From a virus: a stretch of 64,000 nucleotides of DNA. The translations under genes were made by a program, and so were the position numbers. The notes under the pieces are model-generated. The model did not search any database and was not told where the DNA came from. It was given only the letters and a program-made list of their open reading frames with translations. Shown in pieces: positions 9,950-19,592 of the stretch. The stretch covers positions 69,761 to 133,760 of the IMG/VR virus record IMGVR_UViG_3300033149_001989; one strand, 5' to 3'. Positions within the stretch are counted from its first letter, which is position 1, and the number at the start of each line of letters is the position of its first letter.

Positions 9950-10158
9950 ATCAAATATTGGTCTGTGATACTTGTAAGTATAGGTTTCGTTGTTGGACAG
10001 TAAATGCAAACTATTGCCCGCTGACAAAATTAGAGAGTTTTCGGGGTAAATGGTTTAATGAGGTTGTACCTTATTTAAGACAAATGGAATTGGATGAGAT
10101 AATATTACTAAAAGATATGGGTTTAATAGATATTATTGTGGATGGTAGAAATGCCTAG
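9943..10158 (+). CDS. hypothetical protein with N-terminal Cys tag
   Basis: CDTCKYRFRCWT at 9964-9999. Confidence 0.8.
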   Translation: MVNQILVCDTCKYRFRCWTVNANYCPLTKLESFRGKWFNEVVPYLRQMELDEIILLKDMGLIDIIVDGRNA

Positions 10159-10657
10159 AATAAGAGAAGACCTCAAGAAAGAAATTAAGAAAGCGGAGAA
10201 GAGGGCACGAAAGGAAGCACTAAAACCAAAAAAGAGAAGGAGATATTCCACAAGGGTAACAAAACCTCAGCATCCGACTAGTAAATGGGTTGATGATGAG
10301 TGGGGGGAACAGGGTTGTATCTTTTTTGATGGTTATTGTCATTGGGTAATAGAACTAAGGAATTCTCGTGATTGTCTTCGTGTCGTAAACAGGGGACTAA
10401 CGGTAGAAGAGTGGAACAATTACACTAAAGGGAACTACAAAATACGGGAGAACGGTAGTTATGAATTTGGCGGAAAATATTTGGAACGAACAAGAAGTGC
10501 TGGACCTGCTAGGGGTGAACAAACGCCAACTGAGCAGACTTATAAGCAACGAAAACCTACCCGTAATAAGATTGGGAAATGCAAAAGTCTTCCTGGCAGA
10601 AAGTCTTCTAAATTGGTTAAAGGAAAAAGAAAAAGCAGGAAAATAGTAAAAAATTGA
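10151..10657 (+). CDS. basic hypothetical protein
   Basis: Lys/Arg-rich ORF; 3' part overlaps the HTH ORF in another frame. Confidence 0.5.
   Translation: MPRIREDLKKEIKKAEKRARKEALKPKKRRRYSTRVTKPQHPTSKWVDDEWGEQGCIFFDGYCHWVIELRNSRDCLRVVNRGLTVEEWNNYTKGNYKIRENGSYEFGGKYLERTRSAGPARGEQTPTEQTYKQRKPTRNKIGKCKSLPGRKSSKLVKGKRKSRKIVKN
10461..10646 (+). CDS. excisionase-like helix-turn-helix protein
   Basis: WNEQEVLDLLGVNKRQLSRLI...LPVIRLG...F...SLLNWL pattern. Confidence 0.7.
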   Translation: MNLAENIWNEQEVLDLLGVNKRQLSRLISNENLPVIRLGNAKVFLAESLLNWLKEKEKAGK

Positions 10658-10937
10658 TATAAAATGGTATATTATGTCCTATTTTGTAGCGATTTTGTAG
10701 GGTCATTTAATAACTAATACAAAAGTATAGGCATGTCCTTTTTTTTGAAGTTTGTGGAATGAGAATAGAAAAGCGACAACCTAAAAATGAAGTAAGAATT
10801 CATTTAGCCAGTGGTAAAATAGATGAAAAAGATTTCACCTTCTCACTACTTGGTGACGGTTCGGGTATACTTGTTGAGTTTACCGATGTATGTTACTTTG
10901 TATCTACAGAAGAATTAATTAAGGAAATATTGGTGGA

Positions 10938-11168
10938 ATGTGGCAAGATATAGCAATAGCAGTCGGGCAATTTGTGCTTGGGACAGCGTTAATACCAAGT
11001 GTTGTTAGTTCATTTAAACCGAATAAGAAAACGTGCTTAATTAGTTTAGTTGTAGTAATTGTGTTTGCTTTCACTTTTGCTAGTTTGGGGATGCCACTAT
11101 CAGTTGCTAGTTCTATAATGAACGTTGTATTGTGGGGTATATTATTAAAACAAGTAAATGCACAATAA
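10938..11168 (+). CDS. small membrane protein
   Basis: Three hydrophobic segments. Confidence 0.6.
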   Translation: MWQDIAIAVGQFVLGTALIPSVVSSFKPNKKTCLISLVVVIVFAFTFASLGMPLSVASSIMNVVLWGILLKQVNAQ

Positions 11169-11252
11169 ACAAACAAGTTTGGTATAACTGTAAACAAGAG
11201 CAAAGGAAGACGAAATATATAAAAAATATTCTACCTGCCCAAATAGATTTGA

Positions 11253-11750
11253 ATGTTGGACAAATTGATGGAAAAAAGAAAATTAGTAACGATACCAGAT
11301 ACGAGATTAAGGGAAACAGCATCGCCTGTCACAAACCAAGATATTAGTGAATTGGTTGAAGAAATGTCCCGAATAAGACAGGAAAATGGTGGTATAGGTA
11401 TTGCTGCACCGCAAGTGGGGGAGCTACTTAGAGTAATAAACGTTTTATTTCGTGGGCGTGAAGTTACTATTGTTAATCCTGTAATTTTGCACAAAAAGGG
11501 AAAACAAGTAATATACGAAGGATGCCTGAGTCTACCAGGAAAACTATACCGCACGACGAAATCGCAGAAATTAACAGTAATTGGGGCAGATATTTACGGT
11601 AAGCAAATCAAATTAAAATGCCGAGAAGATGAGGCACCCGTTCTGGAGCACGAAATTGACCACTTAGACGGCATTATGATAGATGAGAAGGGGACGTTGG
11701 TTGCCGAATTCAAACCAGTAGTGCAAGATAAATTAGCCTTCAGCGATTAA
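11253..11750 (+). CDS. def: peptide deformylase
   Basis: GIGIAAPQVG, EGCLS, HEIDHLDG. Confidence 0.95.
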   Translation: MLDKLMEKRKLVTIPDTRLRETASPVTNQDISELVEEMSRIRQENGGIGIAAPQVGELLRVINVLFRGREVTIVNPVILHKKGKQVIYEGCLSLPGKLYRTTKSQKLTVIGADIYGKQIKLKCREDEAPVLEHEIDHLDGIMIDEKGTLVAEFKPVVQDKLAFSD

Positions 11751-11751
11751 C

Positions 11752-11780
11752 TTGACAAGGGACTTGGCATAGTGTATAAT
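11752..11780 (+). promoter_or_regulatory. sigma70-type promoter
   Basis: TTGACA-N17-TATAAT consensus, GGCATA in spacer. Confidence 0.85.
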
Positions 11781-11857
11781 AAAGGAAGAAAACTACCAGA
11801 GCGTTTACGGTTCACCCCATTCTTGAATATTTGCTCAGTAATAACTAAGAGGTTGAA

Positions 11858-12355
11858 GTGAGCGCCGCAAAAATTCATAACTACAAGAATTCTGTAGTCG
11901 TTGCTAACGTAAAGGAGATGCACGAGGCTGGTAAAGTTGTGGTTGCAATCTCTGGTTACTTTGACCCACCTACACCAGCACATATAAGATATATGTGGGA
12001 GGCAAGACAATTAGGAGACAGGCTTGTTGTTATTCTAAACAATGACCACCAGTTATTATTGAAAAGGAAAGGAACGAGACTAGAGGGTAGAGTGAGGTAT
12101 CCATTTGCAGATAGAATGGAAATCATATCTAATCTAAGACCAGTTGACGATGTAGTTGAAAGCGTAGATGATGATGAAACAGTTGCAGAAACTATTAAAC
12201 TGCTATGTCCTGACGTTTTTGCTAAGGGTGGTGATAGAACACTAGAAACATTACCTAAAGCAGAAGTGGATGCTTGTGAAGTAGTGGGTTGTAAAATTGT
12301 ATGTAATGTTGGTGGTAAGAAGACACACTCTAGTTCTTGGTACAATTGGGAATGA
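11858..12355 (+). CDS. cytidylyltransferase-like (TagD/RfaE/RibL family)
   Basis: SGYFDP...HI, LVVILNND, FAKGGDR, HSSS. Confidence 0.88.
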   Translation: MSAAKIHNYKNSVVVANVKEMHEAGKVVVAISGYFDPPTPAHIRYMWEARQLGDRLVVILNNDHQLLLKRKGTRLEGRVRYPFADRMEIISNLRPVDDVVESVDDDETVAETIKLLCPDVFAKGGDRTLETLPKAEVDACEVVGCKIVCNVGGKKTHSSSWYNWE

Positions 12356-12897
12356 AAGTAATAAAACCAAAAAAACCGAAACAATATAATTATGAACTTC
12401 GAAAAAAGCGGTGGCAACAAACAGTTAAAATACACGGTTTTCCAATTACTGCTAGAATAAAACCTACAGCACACAAACAGTATTGTTTTTTATGTCGTAA
12501 ATTAATAGAAAAGGGTGAACCACAGATGTCGGTGGAGGCTGGTCTTTGGTACTCTTGGATAAAAAATGGTAAGTTAGAACATCACTTTGCTTACACTCCA
12601 CTTTACGATTCCCCTGTGTTGGTAAAACCAAGAATTATAAACTATGACGAAGTATCTGGTGTCTCAAAGAAAATATATGTTCAGAGAAAGATTTATTTAC
12701 ATACTGATTGTTACGCTTGCATTATGAACAGAATGTGGATAAAGATGGGGCTTAATTATTTGGTTAATCAAACACTATGTGATTCTTGTAAAAATAGGTT
12801 TAACTGCTATACAGGTAATCTTAATGTAAACCTAACTGATATAACATATCGTAAACCAACCTATATACCGTCAAGACCATGTGAGGTCAAGATGTAA
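12352..12897 (+). CDS. hypothetical protein with Cys tag
   Basis: CFLC...HTDC plus CDSCKNRFNCYT at 12778-12813. Confidence 0.8.
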   Translation: MKVIKPKKPKQYNYELRKKRWQQTVKIHGFPITARIKPTAHKQYCFLCRKLIEKGEPQMSVEAGLWYSWIKNGKLEHHFAYTPLYDSPVLVKPRIINYDEVSGVSKKIYVQRKIYLHTDCYACIMNRMWIKMGLNYLVNQTLCDSCKNRFNCYTGNLNVNLTDITYRKPTYIPSRPCEVKM

Positions 12898-12992
12898 GGT
12901 GACGGAGTTATAAACATTTCCAATCTTGGGCAATTAGTAATAAATGGTTTAAGATTAGGAAATACGAAAGTGGAACGCAACATGGTGGAGGA

Positions 12993-13256
12993 GCTTATGA
13001 TAGCTGACAGGATAGCAGAAACCTGCGAAGGTCATAAGTGAGCCTGGTGGGAAGTAAGCCGTAATGCAATAGGACTTTATGTAGGCTCAGGCAAAGGGAC
13101 TGGGGTGAGCACAAGATAGAGCTGGTGCGGTTTAAATGGGACAGAGACCTAACCATTGGTTAGAGTAGCCGAGTAGGAATACAGAAGCCAGCCCTAGTCC
13201 TCAAGGAAAATGGGCTTGGTGGGGTAGTAAGGTTAAAAACTTAGCCCCATCAAGCC
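12993..13256 (+). ncRNA. candidate structured RNA (four back-to-back helices)
   Basis: Inverted repeats of 8, 8, 11 and 13 bp with G-U pairs valid on the + strand, in an ORF-free gap. Confidence 0.5.
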
Positions 13257-13275
13257 ACAGTAGAGGGGGTAACTA

Positions 13276-13590
13276 ATGGACAAGTTGAGAGAGGAGATAG
13301 CAGAATACCTGTATGACTGTGATAATGGCATATTCCCAGACAGAACAGTCCTAATTGAATGGCGACTAGCTAGTGAGGGCAATAAAGCAGAGTATTATCG
13401 TAGGGCTAACCAAATCATGGCTCTAATCAAGCAGGCAGGCTACGTCAAGCTAGCAGAAGACCAGAGCTTGCCCCAAGTCCCAGAAGCACCGATATATTTT
13501 AGTCAAGAAGGAGCTGTTGGTTGGAGCAACGGATACCAGATTGCACAAGAGGGCATGCTCAAGGTTGGTTTTAGGAGGATAAAGTTATGA
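13276..13590 (+). CDS. hypothetical protein
   Basis: 104 aa ORF with GGGGG ribosome-binding site. Confidence 0.7.
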   Translation: MDKLREEIAEYLYDCDNGIFPDRTVLIEWRLASEGNKAEYYRRANQIMALIKQAGYVKLAEDQSLPQVPEAPIYFSQEGAVGWSNGYQIAQEGMLKVGFRRIKL

Positions 13591-13670
13591 AGAAACATGA
13601 ATATACAGAACAGGAGGGGCATCACATCATAGAGGGTGATAGATTTACAGAAGTTGTATACGTTGAGTGC
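13551..13670 (+). repeat. diverged duplication, copy 2
   Basis: Encodes MKKHEYTEQEGHHIIEGDRFTEVVYVEC versus MKRYEYAEQEGHHIKEDNRLTEVVYVEC at 3608. Confidence 0.85.
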
Positions 13671-14018
13671 AAATATAATACCATGCATTCTGTCTATCAT
13701 CGAGAAGACGCATCCAACCAGTAATGTCATTAGAAATCATTCCGCATTCCATGGCTAGAAATTGCTATGACTTTCTAAAGTTCCTTGAGTCTGAAAGGTG
13801 AAGATGATGGTTGACCCCAAGTATATCTTCTTAGTTTACCCCCGCTATCTTGTAATACTGGAGAAACTCCTTAGATGGATAAAGGACTTGGTATTACGGT
13901 AAACTCTGCAAGGAGATAGTAAATATGATTTACATGGAGGTGCTTAATGGCTCACGCAGAATTATGTCCTGTTTGTAATGGAAAAGGGACAGTCGCTTAA
14001 TACTAGGAGATAAATAGC

Positions 14019-14585
14019 GTGGTTAAGAAATATCAAATAATATATGCTGACCCACCTTGGTATTTTCCTGCAAACTACGGAAAGGTTGGAAAATCTAGGC
14101 TAAGTGGATTTGGTGCTAAATTGCGATATAATCTTATGACCGATAAAGAATTACTTGAGCTACCTATAAAAGATTATATTGACGATAATTGTGCTTTGTT
14201 TTTATGGGTAGTCAACTCACGGCTAGATTTTGGTATTGAGGTATTAAAACATTGGGGATTGTCATATAAAACAGTTGCTTTTAATTGGGTTAAGACTGCA
14301 AAGAATAGCGGTATTCCCAATTGTCGCCTGGGTTATTGGACACTGGGTGGTTCCGAGTTGTGTTTATTAGGGATTAAAGGCAAAATGAAGCCAGTTAAAC
14401 ATAATATTAGGCAAGTTGTGTTACACCATCGTATAGGGCACTCAGTTAAACCACCTATATTTAGAGAAAAGATAGTTGAGTTATTTGGAGACAGACCTAG
14501 ACTAGAGCTATTTGCCCGTCAGAAAGTGGAAGGCTGGGACTGTTGGGGCAATGAGGTAGAAAGTGATATTGACCTCAAGTGGTAG
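14019..14585 (+). CDS. MT-A70 family adenine methyltransferase
   Basis: IYADPPW, LFLWV, FNWVK, HSVKP, LELFAR, GWDCWGNE. Confidence 0.92.
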   Translation: MVKKYQIIYADPPWYFPANYGKVGKSRLSGFGAKLRYNLMTDKELLELPIKDYIDDNCALFLWVVNSRLDFGIEVLKHWGLSYKTVAFNWVKTAKNSGIPNCRLGYWTLGGSELCLLGIKGKMKPVKHNIRQVVLHHRIGHSVKPPIFREKIVELFGDRPRLELFARQKVEGWDCWGNEVESDIDLKW

Positions 14586-14611
14586 TATAGTTAAAGTAGG
14601 GGGGTTTAAGT

Positions 14612-15739
14612 ATGAATGATAATAATTTAGCCAAAAAACTATTTGGTAAAGATTACCAAGAATTCACTGAGCAAGACCCATTTAATCCGATGAACAGCCT
14701 ATCAGGATTCATATCTCGCAAATCCAATGAATACTATGGTGCACTACTAATTACTAAAATCAACGGTAAAACTACAGAACAGCTTATTATGGGTACACCC
14801 AAAATGCACTACCCATTTACCACAAGACAAGATGGTTCACGCAAATATGAGTTTCCTATAGCTAAGAACGTAGAGGTTTATGAGAAATTAGATGGTACTA
14901 ATATTCTTACCTACACCTATAAACATAATGGCAAAGATTATATCACATTTAAGACACGTCTCCGCCCCTTCGTAGCATCAGGGCGATTTGGTAATTTCTA
15001 TGAGATGTGGCAAGAGGTTGGTATACCTCATATTGACCAAATTAAAACCTTAATGGAAACCCACAAATGCAATCTTTCATTTGAGATTTATGGGGCTAGA
15101 AATCCTCACTTGATAATGTATCCTAATTCTCTAGATATAGCCCTACTCTTTGGAGTAACGAATACTGGGAGGATAATTAGTCCATCACAGTTTACAACCA
15201 GTTTACCCACCCCTCCGTTACTTGTTACCATTACTGCTGAATATCAAACCCATTATGAAAATATACAAAAACAATTACAGGATGGGCTAAAACAAGAGGA
15301 CGAGGGTTACTATTCAGGGCAAGAAGGTACCGTATGGTATCTAACTACCATTGATGGAAGATGTGTTCAACTAAAATGTAAACCTGAAACAATAGAAGCT
15401 ATCCACTTCTCGGCAGGGTGCGGTATTAATAAGAATGTGCTTCTTGCTACTTGTTGGAATGCCTTTGAGAATGTTGACAAATTGACGGTGGACTTTATCA
15501 AACAACTTTTGCTTGAGGAGTTTCCGCAACACGTTGTAGAAGCTAACCATGCTCTCATTCAGAAGTCCATCGCATTCGTTGAGGCTGAAGCAGAGTTTCG
15601 CCAAAAAGTAATTGAGAAATATAGAGTGTTTGGTAAAAACATCTTGTTGGATAAGGTAAAGGTTATGCGTCATATGTCGCAACTCTTTAACAAGAAAGAT
15701 ATGAGAAAGGTTCATAGCATAATAACCAACTTAGTATAG
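14612..15739 (+). CDS. RNA ligase (ATP-dependent nucleotidyltransferase superfamily)
   Basis: Motif I EKLDGTN, motif III FEIYG, motif IV EGTV, motif V LKCK. Confidence 0.8.
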   Translation: MNDNNLAKKLFGKDYQEFTEQDPFNPMNSLSGFISRKSNEYYGALLITKINGKTTEQLIMGTPKMHYPFTTRQDGSRKYEFPIAKNVEVYEKLDGTNILTYTYKHNGKDYITFKTRLRPFVASGRFGNFYEMWQEVGIPHIDQIKTLMETHKCNLSFEIYGARNPHLIMYPNSLDIALLFGVTNTGRIISPSQFTTSLPTPPLLVTITAEYQTHYENIQKQLQDGLKQEDEGYYSGQEGTVWYLTTIDGRCVQLKCKPETIEAIHFSAGCGINKNVLLATCWNAFENVDKLTVDFIKQLLLEEFPQHVVEANHALIQKSIAFVEAEAEFRQKVIEKYRVFGKNILLDKVKVMRHMSQLFNKKDMRKVHSIITNLV

Positions 15740-15782
15740 ATATTGGGTATATCACTTTAGAAAGGTGGAAGTATGAAAATAA

Positions 15783-17177
15783 ATGTCGTTAAAGATTCAA
15801 GAGTGGAATAAAAAATACTTACTAAAGGAGCTAACTAGAAAGTTCAATGAGAAAGGCTTTAACCTGTACTTAGTAGGTGGTTTTGTTAGAGACACTATTA
15901 TGGGTAGAGAAACACACGATATAGATATGACTACAGATGCTCTCCCCCAAGATACTAAAGAAATTCTTGAAGAGCTTGGTAGTATTTATACAGTAGGTAA
16001 AGAGTTTGGAACTATTGGATTAAACTTGGATGGACAAACAATAGAAGTAACTACTTTTAGAAAAGAGGTCTATCCTACAGAAAGTAGAAAACCTATTGTT
16101 GAGTGGGGGACTTCTTTGGTTGATGACTTAGCAAGACGTGACTTTACTATTAACAGTATAGCCAGAAACGAACTCACGGGCGAAATAATTGACCCTTTTG
16201 GTGGAATAGAGGATATAAGGAAGAAAGTTGTTAGAGTGGTCGGTAGCAACGATAGATTTAACGAAGACCCGTTAAGGATGCTTCGTGCAATTCGTCTTGC
16301 CTGTGAACTTAATTTCAAACTACACATCAATATTTCTCACCCAGAAAGAATCAAGATAGTATCAAAAGAGAGAGTTCGTGATGAGCTAGTTAAGATACTA
16401 CTTTCAAGAAAACCAACATTTGGTATTAGAAAGTTGTGCAAGATTGGTTTGATGCAATATATTATACCAGAATTTGTGGAACTAAAGAATGTGGCACAAG
16501 GTAAAAATCATATTAAAGATGCCTTCGAGCACTCCTTGCTGGTTCTTTACAAGGGTTCTCACATAGACCATAACGAGAGAAATCTTGCATTTCGTCTTGC
16601 CTGCTTACTACATGATATTGGTAAATCAGATACTAAGATAATTGATGATGATGGTGTACACTTTTATGGTCACCACTCAGTTGGTGCCAGAAAAGTAAGA
16701 AAAATACTATGCAGGTTGCATTTCGACAGTAATATTGTTGAAGACGTTGCTATGCTAGTAAAGTATCATATGACACCAATTATGCTTCAAAGAGAAATAG
16801 TCAAGGGCAAGATAAAGAAGAGAATAATTATGAGGCTTGTCCGTAGGGTCGGGGTAAGTAATATTTATCTCCTGCTTGACCTTGTAAAATGCGATATACG
16901 CTCTTCGAAGAATCCAAGATATAAATTTGTGACTATCCTTACTAGGTTGGTAAACGAATGTATGGCAGAGAAACCAGAAACTCTAGTCTCTCCAATAGAT
17001 GGTCACGAGATTATGAAAGAATTTAATCTTAAACCAGGTGTATTCATAGGTGAAGTTAAGAACTATCTCACTAATTTAGTAATAGATGGTAAGTTAAAGA
17101 AGGGGGATAGAGAAGGTGCCTATGCCGAGGCTAGGAGATACATCTACAACAAAAGACGAAAAGTTGGAGTTGCTTAA
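15783..17177 (+). CDS. cca: CCA-adding tRNA nucleotidyltransferase with HD domain
   Basis: LVGGFVRD, HDIDMTT, EVTTFR, DLARRDFTINS, EDPLRMLRAIR, LLHDIGK. Confidence 0.92.
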   Translation: MSLKIQEWNKKYLLKELTRKFNEKGFNLYLVGGFVRDTIMGRETHDIDMTTDALPQDTKEILEELGSIYTVGKEFGTIGLNLDGQTIEVTTFRKEVYPTESRKPIVEWGTSLVDDLARRDFTINSIARNELTGEIIDPFGGIEDIRKKVVRVVGSNDRFNEDPLRMLRAIRLACELNFKLHINISHPERIKIVSKERVRDELVKILLSRKPTFGIRKLCKIGLMQYIIPEFVELKNVAQGKNHIKDAFEHSLLVLYKGSHIDHNERNLAFRLACLLHDIGKSDTKIIDDDGVHFYGHHSVGARKVRKILCRLHFDSNIVEDVAMLVKYHMTPIMLQREIVKGKIKKRIIMRLVRRVGVSNIYLLLDLVKCDIRSSKNPRYKFVTILTRLVNECMAEKPETLVSPIDGHEIMKEFNLKPGVFIGEVKNYLTNLVIDGKLKKGDREGAYAEARRYIYNKRRKVGVA

Positions 17178-17402
17178 AGCCAACTTTGAAATACTCGTCA
17201 AAGCAATCTTAGACAGTGGTCTTGATTTATTAAATGCAGTACGTTGTGCCAAATCTGCTAAAGAATTAAACGAGTCTGTTGACAAGTTTAAGGAGATGTT
17301 ACGTGAGCAGGAAAAGAGATTTAGTACCCGCTAAAAAGAAACCAAAACCTATAAAAATAGGAAAACCAAAACCAGTTTCAAAGGAGGAGAGGAAAGAACC
17401 TG

Positions 17403-17825
17403 GTGCAGATATTTGATTGTAATAACTGCCAGTATAGATTTAAATGTTTTACTAGCAAATATAGACCAAAAGTTGTAACACTAAATTGGAAAATATCTTT
17501 TAGGTGTGCAGATTGTAAACACGCTTATTTTAATGGTATAGTTACTGGTAGTTATAGTTGGGACGCTGGTCATGTTGGGTTGTGCCGATTAAGAAATATG
17601 ATAGTTCACAAGAATTCTTGTGCTTGTGACATCTTCTACACAGACAGTAAAGATATTTCACGTCACACTGCTGGCAGGGAAAGGTCAATAAAGCAAGCAC
17701 AAAAGGAGCTTAAGTCAGTATTAAATAGAAAGCACACCAGAACTAAATTACCAAAATATTGTCTAAATACTGAGGGAATTCCAAGGTCTCTACTAGAATA
17801 TTTAAGTAGTGATGATGATTTGTGA
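17403..17825 (+). CDS. Cys-rich protein with N-terminal Cys tag (tandem paralog 1)
   Basis: CNNCQYRFKCFT at 17418-17453. Confidence 0.8.
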   Translation: MQIFDCNNCQYRFKCFTSKYRPKVVTLNWKISFRCADCKHAYFNGIVTGSYSWDAGHVGLCRLRNMIVHKNSCACDIFYTDSKDISRHTAGRERSIKQAQKELKSVLNRKHTRTKLPKYCLNTEGIPRSLLEYLSSDDDL

Positions 17826-18177
17826 TAATTGTAAGTATCGTTATAAATGTTATACTGTACCTGATAAGAGTAGACCGCAGATAGTAAACGGTGTAAGATG
17901 GCAACCAGCACTTAGGTGTGGTATGTGCAGTTACGGTGAATTTAAAAAGAAGAAAAAGAGAGGGGCATGGGGTTGGTTTACAGTTCTTGACCCAGTTGGT
18001 AAGTGTACACTCCACAACTATGTAGTACATCAATATTCTGCTAGTTGTAATGACTTTGTTGGAAAAACATCAATAAGACAGGACAAGGTTAAAAAAGGTT
18101 TAATGCAAGCTCTTAAAAAACGAAAAAATAGATTCAGATTACCTACTTATTGTGTGGACGACAATGAACATAAATAA
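17809..18177 (+). CDS. Cys-rich protein with N-terminal Cys tag (tandem paralog 2)
   Basis: CDNCKYRYKCYT at 17821-17856. Confidence 0.8.
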   Translation: MMMICDNCKYRYKCYTVPDKSRPQIVNGVRWQPALRCGMCSYGEFKKKKKRGAWGWFTVLDPVGKCTLHNYVVHQYSASCNDFVGKTSIRQDKVKKGLMQALKKRKNRFRLPTYCVDDNEHK

Positions 18178-18692
18178 AATAATAAGAGAACATTGTTATT
18201 TGCAAGGGGAATTTCACTTATCCAGCGGTGGTTGGGACACAAATTATATTGATTTGTGGCAAATTTTAACAAGAAAATTTTATGTTAAGCAAATAGCAGA
18301 ACTCATTATCAAAAAACCTGTATGCTCCCATACGATACAGTGGGTGGTTGCGAATTAGCTGCTATGCCGATAGCAGATGCTATTATGTTTTCGAGTACCA
18401 CAGTCAATCGGACACTCTTAGTGAGAAAGAAAATGAAGGGGCACGGAACAAACAGAATGATTGAGGAGAAATTATCCCAAAATCGTGCGTCCTTGTGGTT
18501 GAAGATGTAGCCAGCACAGGACAAAGTGCGGCACACGCAATTCAGGTTTTTCGAGATAGTGGTTTGTCTGTGATTGGTGCAATTACTATTGTTGATAGAG
18601 AAGAAGGTGCTAGAGAGTTTCTTTTAAACAGGTTTGGGATTGAACTTATGTCATTAACAACATTAAAGGCAATAAAGAATGTAAATAAATAA
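18164..18692 (+). pseudogene. pyrE: orotate phosphoribosyltransferase, two frameshifts
   Basis: GEFHLSSG..NYID / LVRKKMKGHGT / VVEDVASTGQS..IVDREEGA split across three ORFs. Confidence 0.85.
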
Positions 18693-18710
18693 ATAACATT
18701 TAGGCAAAAT

Positions 18711-18740
18711 AAAAACCCAGAGAAATCTGGGTTTCTTTTT
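18711..18740. terminator. bidirectional intrinsic terminator
   Basis: AAACCCAGA-GAAA-TCTGGGTTT hairpin with flanking A and T tracts at the convergence of the two arms. Confidence 0.88.
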
Positions 18741-18748
18741 ATGCCATT

Positions 18749-19138
18749 TTATAAAGCAGAACTTAGTATTAAAATTACTTCTTCCTTTTCAACATCATTA
18801 AGAGGACGACATTCAATTCCTCTACAATGGGATATTACATCTTCTTCTGGTTGCAATTCATAATGTCCCGTTACAACACCATCACAATAAAACCTAAGAT
18901 GTATTTGATAATCAGCATCCAATACCTTTCTTGTAGTAAATACTTGTTTGCGATAGGTTGTAGACATATAGTTATATTGATGACAATTTCTAGCCAACGT
19001 ATCGTATAGAGGTTTAATATCAACGGGTATTGGTATATGACAAATATAAAAATCCTCCCTTCTCTCTTGGAGCCCACAAAAAAATATTCTAAACTGTCTT
19101 GTAAATCTAACAAGATTATATAAATAATTCATAGCCAC
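18749..19138 (-). CDS. hypothetical protein
   Basis: 129 aa ORF ending at the terminator; QIHLRFY..GHYE. Confidence 0.7.
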   Translation of the reverse strand: MAMNYLYNLVRFTRQFRIFFCGLQERREDFYICHIPIPVDIKPLYDTLARNCHQYNYMSTTYRKQVFTTRKVLDADYQIHLRFYCDGVVTGHYELQPEEDVISHCRGIECRPLNDVEKEEVILILSSAL

Positions 19139-19221
19139 TATTCAATCACCCGAACCCCAGTCTATTATAATTTCTACTACAAATTAAGACCCTTTTTGCA
19201 GTATCTAATTAAAAAGAATTG

Positions 19222-19592
19222 CAAGCAAGCCCGTAAGCGGGATTCTGTTTTATGTGAACATTTATCTTGGTTCAATGTTACCATTAAACTCTTTGCCACC
19301 CACCCGAAAGCTAGCCGAGCACATCATTGCTTTCTGCTTGGTGTTGCACCAGATGGAGTTTACCTCTCCTACTTACCTTAAACAAGTCTTGTTAGAACTA
19401 TTTTTGGTCGTAAGTTTTTATAGTCCCACACACGTCACCCTGCCCAGTTATCCGTTTACACATAAACTTCGTGGTAGAGATAAGTAGGAGTTTAGCACTT
19501 GTCGTCAGGTTACCCTGCCAGGGTGTTACCCTGCATCCTGCTCGGTGGTGTCCCGACTTTCCTCCCCGTAGGGCGTCCACTCAGCTTGCTCA
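19222..19592 (-). ncRNA. rnpB: RNase P RNA
   Basis: GAGGAAAGUCGGGAC (CR-I), GGUAAACUCC, AGAUAAAUG (CR-IV), AACAGAAUCCCGCUUA (CR-V); P1 and P4 pair with compensatory changes. Confidence 0.92.
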
